Positions 50,160 to 55,472 of a stretch of DNA of 55,472 bases are shown in pieces. Under the pieces are notes generated by a model. It was given only the letters and a program-made list of their open reading frames with translations, was not told where the DNA came from and did no database searches. The stretch spans positions 192,110-247,581 of the forward strand of contig JBNGIO010006162.1 in NCBI GenBank assembly GCA_049999805.1, written 5' to 3'. Made by a program: the position numbers and the translations under genes. Origin of the DNA: Folioceros fuciformis (taxonomy: Eukaryota). Position 1 is the stretch's first letter. Every line of letters begins with the position of its first letter.

Positions 50160-51051
50160 TTAAGCGCCGGGAGTGAAGTTGGTGGCGTAAGCCCACGCGT
50201 TGTTGACGGTGGGATCCGCCAAGTGATCGGAGAGGTTCTCGATGGGGCCCTTTCCAGTGACGATGGCCTGGACGTAGAACCCAAACATGGAGAACATGGC
50301 CAGGCGCCCGTTCTTCAGCTCCTTCACCTTGAGCTCAGCGAAGGTATCGGGATCGTCGGCCAGACCCAACGGGTCGAAGGAGCCTCCGGGGTACAGAGGG
50401 TCGCTCACCTCTCCCAACGGTCCACCAGCGACGCGGTAAGCCTCCACAGCTCCCATGAGGATCACCTGGGTAGCCCAGATTGCCAGAATGCTCTGGGCGT
50501 GTACCAGGCTCGGGTTTCCCAGATAATCCAGTCCGCCCTGGGCGAAAATCTGAGACCCAGCCTTGAACCACACGGACTCTCCGAACGAGACCCCGTTCCT
50601 GGCCAGCAGCTCGGGGGTGACGCAACCCAACGTTCCCAGCATCGCCCACCGGGCATGAATCACCTCCAGCTCCCGGTTCCTGGCGAATGTTTCGGGATCG
50701 GCAGACAATCCGGCAGTGTCCCAGCCGTAGTCGCCGGGGAATTCTCCCTTGAGATACGACGGCGTCTCCCCGGCGAAGGGTCCCAGCCACAGAGGCCGGT
50801 CCGCACCGTACCTGCAAGACGGGAGCAATGCCGGTCAGCATTCAGAATAACACCATCGCCCAGATCGATATCCCCAACAAATCCAGACCGACGAAGAAAA
50901 CCCACCAAATACTTGAGCTGGATCCGGCCGACTTCCTCATCTGCAGCTTCGCCTCCCCGGCGCCGGCCGCTTTCAGGATCTCGCTGCGCTGCCTAAAGAC
51001 GCTCTGCCCTCCCAGACCGGCGCTTGAAGCGCATGCTGTGGCCGCGGCCAT
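50160..51051 (-). CDS. Lhcb: Major LHCII chlorophyll a/b-binding protein with one intron, 265 aa
   Basis: Exons 51051-50906 and 50811-50160. A 94-nt GT-AG intron splits the Trp codon of [10 protein letters not shown]. Confidence 0.97.
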
Positions 51052-51659
51052 GGCTGCGTTGCTCCAACAGGGCGGACACGGAGACGGAAGCAGAAGATCT
51101 AGAGCGGGATCGAACACGGGCAACGCACAAGGCAACAACAAGTGTTCTGGATCCAGGGAGGGGAGAGGCAGTCTCATTTGTATGCACCAGATGTGATAAA
51201 CCGGACTCCGAGATTTCCGAGTCCTATCCAACCAGGATGCAAGAGCAGCAGCAGCAGCATCAGCATCAGCAGGAGGCTCCTCATCGTCACTGAATGTCTT
51301 TCTTCTCCCGTAGCCTACCAACATTATCAAACAAGGGTGATAGCCCAGCTGTGTCTCAACAAGTGTTTAATTACCGGACCTTGTCTTAACTTGAGTCTGA
51401 CTAATTGTGGTTAGTTAACCTAATCCAGCTTTAGTTAGCTGCACTCGTGCTTGCAGTTATCTGTCATGTCACAATCGTCCTCTATAAAATAATATATATG
51501 CCTTATTCATATTTTTATTTTTATTTATTAAAGAAATATATTTTAAAACATATAAAATACTATATGTGTTATTACTACCTTGCCTTTCATAGATCTAACA
51601 TATGTCTTCTTAAATATATAAATCATTATGTATCTCTCATTTCAAGTCATGAACCAATT

Positions 51660-51800
51660 CAAGGTTTAGGGCTAAGCAAATTTCTTGGCTTTAGAGATCA
51701 CTAACTTTTATAGAAGGTTTAAGGTTAGGAGTTTTCTTGGCTTTGGAGATCACCAAGGTTTAGGGTTAGGAGTTTTCTTGGGCTTAGGGTTTAGGGGCTT
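51660..51800. repeat. Degenerate telomere-like (TTTAGGG) repeats within a ~55-bp repeated unit
   Basis: GGTTTAGGG and GGTTAGG motifs, with repeated TTTCTTGGCTT(T/A)G.AGA(T/C)CAC units. Confidence 0.6.
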
Positions 51801-52023
51801 TGGAGACCACCAAGTTTTATAGAGCAAAACAAGCATCATTTCATACTTGAGAATAAGTAAGTGAGTCCTGCGCCCTTCGAGGTTGTAATGAGGTTCATTG
51901 CGTGAACAAAGTCCTTGGTCTTTAAAGTTGCAAATCATTTTTAACTTATAGAGCTATAGAATCATCTTACTTGTCGGAACTTGAACTCATGTTGTCATAG
52001 GAGATTAAATTTTGTGATCAAAC

Positions 52024-52623
52024 ATGGTGGATACAATGCATTCTTATGCATCAAAAGTTGAGACGGAGGGCGAGGAAGAACTAGATCATGAAGAAGCTCG
52101 AAGACTTCTAAGGCTTGCTCGACAGAAACAAGCAACAAACAACCTTCAAGAAGCAGTTGCCTTACTACATCAAGTCCTACAACTCCAAGCCAACTCCCAA
52201 TATGTCCAGCAACTATGTGCAATTTTCGAGGTAGAGATTGCAGCAAGAGTAGTAGCAGCCACCAACATGGAACGCTACGGGTATATTCTCAACATCAACC
52301 CATATGCAGATGACCAAGTAGTCATTGCACAATATAGAAAGTTAGCTTTGAAGTTACATCCAGACAAGAATAAACATGAAGGAGCAGAAAACGCATTCAA
52401 ATTGATTTTGGAGGCAAAGGACGGTATTCTTGCAAAAAAAAATGCGAAGGATTTTCTGTTGAGGGTTGACCGTGAAGTTAAGGTTAAAGAGCGTGAAGTT
52501 AAGGTTGGTAGGAGTAATCCTATTAAAAACAAAAATAAGATGAAAAGAAAAAAACAAAAGGTCTTGGATTGCAGCTATCCATTGCATGGTCGAGGAGGAC
52601 ATTGTCGCAAATGTGGCATGTAA
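52024..52623 (+). CDS. Intronless J-domain (DnaJ) ORF, 199 aa; AT-rich, possibly a captured fragment or pseudogene
   Basis: YGYILNINPYADDQVVIAQYRKLALKLHPDKNKHEGAENAFKLILEA is a J-domain with an HPD motif. It is preceded by EEARRLLRLA, resembling the N-terminus of plant DnaJ-DUF3444/DNAJB14-like proteins. Confidence 0.7.
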   Translation: MVDTMHSYASKVETEGEEELDHEEARRLLRLARQKQATNNLQEAVALLHQVLQLQANSQYVQQLCAIFEVEIAARVVAATNMERYGYILNINPYADDQVVIAQYRKLALKLHPDKNKHEGAENAFKLILEAKDGILAKKNAKDFLLRVDREVKVKEREVKVGRSNPIKNKNKMKRKKQKVLDCSYPLHGRGGHCRKCGM

Positions 52624-52784
52624 ATGAATTGTTGCTTAATCTCATCTTTGGTCGGTAGGATTTTCTATCTTTTTTAATTATATATATTACTCAATAATAT
52701 ATTAAATTCTATATTTATTCTATTTTATTTCTTAAAAACTATTTACTATTCTCGAAACAAAAGGCCTACCTACAACCGTTTAAA

Positions 52785-52868
52785 GGGTTTAGGGTTTAGG
52801 GTTTAGGGTTTTACCCTAAACCCTTAACCCTTAAACCCTTAAACCCTTAAACCCTTAAACCCTTAAAC
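52785..52868. repeat. Interstitial telomere-like repeats in head-to-head orientation
   Basis: (TTTAGGG)3, then TTTTA, CCCTAAA, CCCTTAA and (CCCTTAAA)5. Confidence 0.9.
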
Positions 52869-53705
52869 TGGTATGTATGTCTTATTACCATCTTGGTTTT
52901 CATATTCCATGGGAAGACGGCTAGGATGTCGACAGCCTTTCATTAACTTCCAAATAGTAGATGTTTACCATTGGTTGGTTCACTAGTAGAAAACCAATCA
53001 ACCCAAGTTGATGGCTCCGAGGTTGAGGATATTCCTTCAGTGTTAGAAAGTTGCTATTAAACTTTTATGGTCAGCCGTAGGCATTCCTCCTAAGGTCAGG
53101 ATTATTGTTTGGTGCGTCTTCTACGCATGCTTGCCAAATGCAAACCATTAGGATGGTTTGTGGGCAGGTGCAAAGCAGGAATCTTGCAAGCTAAGCAATG
53201 TTGGCGCCTCCCACAAAAGCAATCATATGTTCTTTCATTATGAGTATGCTGAACAGGTGCAGGGAGAGGTTACAAGAATGGTTAAAGACACTCTTCTCTA
53301 TGGCTAATCTCACTATCACCAATCAAACCACCTTCTACAACCCTAATCAATTGTCTGGAAAAGCATTGCTTCGGAGTGTGTGGTGGGCGTTGCTGTGAAG
53401 CTCTTACCTCTTCTATCTTTACCTCGATTGGTGAACACTTGGGGCACACCAACCAACTCCAAATGTGCATTTGGATGTGAAAAATTAGAAAATTTTTAAA
53501 ACAAAATAAAGCAAAATTTAAAAGTATTCCATCTTTTGAGCAATAGTGCACTCAAGTGTGCATCATTTTCTTGAAAAACAAATTCAGTTGTGTTTCTCTA
53601 TTTTGTTTATTTTTACATTCTTTTTGTTTTTAAAGAATAAATATATATTTTTTTAACCTTTTTTGCAAACCGAATATTAAGTCTTCTTGACTAGTCCTTA
53701 CTATT

Positions 53706-53752
53706 TTTAGGGTTTAGGGTTGTAAACCCTAAACCTTCACCCTTCACCCTAA
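53706..53752. repeat. Second short head-to-head telomere-like repeat
   Basis: TTTAGGGTTTAGGG TTGT AAACCCTAAACC TTCACCCTTCACCCTAA. Confidence 0.75.
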
Positions 53753-54287
53753 TTTTTGAAGAAGTAGCAAGGACCTTTGTCATGTTTTGCATCTTAAGAT
53801 GTTTAGCTTATACTCAACAGCGAATGTAGATAATATCCATGTTTTTGTAGCATGGCATGTGGATCAAGAGCATGAGGTGATTGAATATAGCAAGTGGGAG
53901 AGCCAAGTTTAATAAGAATCCAAGCGCAAGAGTGATTTTAGAGCTATTGATTGTGATTTTAGGGCTATTAAACCCTGCATTACAATTTAAGCATGGTCTA
54001 TGAAATGTTTTTAATATCTGTATTCTACATAGACCTTGGACTGATCTTGTTGCCTGAAGTTTAGACCTAAACTCGAGAAAGTTTAAAATAAAATATGTTC
54101 ATATCTATATAAAAATTCTAAACTCTTTAAAGTGGTAATTTTTTATTTGGATTTTTCGAAATGGAAAAACGTACTCAAGTACAAAAAGGGGTTTTAGAAA
54201 AAAGTCTTTTTACTTCAGACGTTGTTTTAGGTTTTCTCCTTTCGACATCTTGAGGTTTTTTCCAAGCTTGTAGCTTAAGTTTTTCCT

Positions 54288-54387
54288 NNNNNNNNNNNNN
54301 NNNNNNNNNNNNNNNNNNNNNNNNNNNNNNNNNNNNNNNNNNNNNNNNNNNNNNNNNNNNNNNNNNNNNNNNNNNNNNNNNNNNNNN
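54288..54387. other. Assembly gap (~100 N)
   Basis: Run of N. Confidence 1.
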
Positions 54388-55472
54388 ACAACATATTAGG
54401 TTCAATCCCAATCAGTGGCTTAGATTTGGGGGATGGGGTCTCACACCCTTGATTTTACATCTACCCTAACACAAACTAGAAGACAAAGGCTTTCTTGTCA
54501 TTCGACAAGATTAGAACTTTTCTCGACTCTCTTGTAAGGTAAATTCAGCTCAATACCTCTTGCGACTTCTAAGTTTCTTATGTTAAGCGTTGATATGTTT
54601 TGTTCGTCCCTAACATTGTACCATTGGTGCATTATGAGTAGCACGCAAAGGAAGCTTCAATTCCAAGCAACTCAGTAGTATGCACAACCTTCCCTTGTTG
54701 AACAATCATCCTCATTAGATATTGTAGCAATCTCCTGATTTTGTTGGCTTGCTTGTTGAGAGCCTGTCTTGCAGCCTTTGCAAGAGCAATGTTGCTTAAC
54801 CCTAAACCCTCAGATTTACGGTTTATGAAACTTGTGCCTCACTTCTTTCCACAAATTTCATTATAACTTGAATGTCATGTCGTTGTAGTGTTTCTCACTA
54901 AACGAATCGGCAATCAAATTTGTTTTTCTTGGACCATAAGAAGTCCTAATGCGAAAATCAGCAATTACCTAAGCCCTATTTTCCTTGCCACAAGTTCAAG
55001 AGTAGCTTGCAAGCATCTCCTTGTCACAAAGGATAAGTATAGGACCCTTCGAGTTTACATGAAACTTTGTCTTTTAATAGCAAATGTCTCCTGAACTTGA
55101 GAAAACGAGATGAGGAACCCATCTACCTTGAAAGAGGTGAGTCTATCCACTAAAGGTGACCGGACAAATACAAGCTAGCCTCGGAAACCACAATAGCGGA
55201 TTAATTAATATTTTATGCGCATTGGAAGGAGAACAACTATATTCTAGGGTAAATATAAACCATAAACCCTAGAACATTATTTCAATATATAAATAATCAT
55301 ACTATCAATACAGATTTTAACTAATTTTTTAATTTTTAATACAAACATACCAGAAAAAGAATATATATATATATTACCATCTTTATTTTTTATTCTTATT
55401 TTATTTGATTTATTTTTATTAATCTATCACTGAGCACAAGATACATAATATGGTGTCATTTGGAGTGCGTAT

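Noticed and set aside
46257-50996. Plus-strand ORFs of 189, 292 and 257 aa that resemble each other
   Set aside because: They are antisense shadows of the three GC3-rich Lhcb genes, and their similarity follows from the Lhcb duplication.

Overview
Gene-dense eukaryotic plant genomic window with short (~60-250 nt) GT-AG introns, GC-rich genes and AT-rich repeat islands. The architecture and gene families suggest a seed-free plant, probably a Selaginella-like lycophyte (inference). There are two 100-N assembly gaps. Genes in order: a CYP85-clan cytochrome P450; a divergent, almost intronless NOT1 (CCR4-NOT scaffold); OSTC/DC2; a truncated ORF resembling the N-terminus of fungal-type TPR-SET proteins; a PPR relic; LTR/copia and Harbinger remnants; MED18; NRDE2; VTE4; RZ-1; a plastid-type GIY-YIG-like protein with an unexplained C-terminal domain; a peptidoglycan-binding-domain protein with a Cys-rich tail; three tandem Lhcb genes; and a J-domain ORF among telomere-like repeats. 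The most interesting items are the adjacent GIY-YIG fusion and peptidoglycan-binding genes, the NOT1 retrogene-like copy, the TPR-SET-like fragment and the Lhcb intron-loss array. All family assignments come from recognising motifs by eye; no database searches were run.
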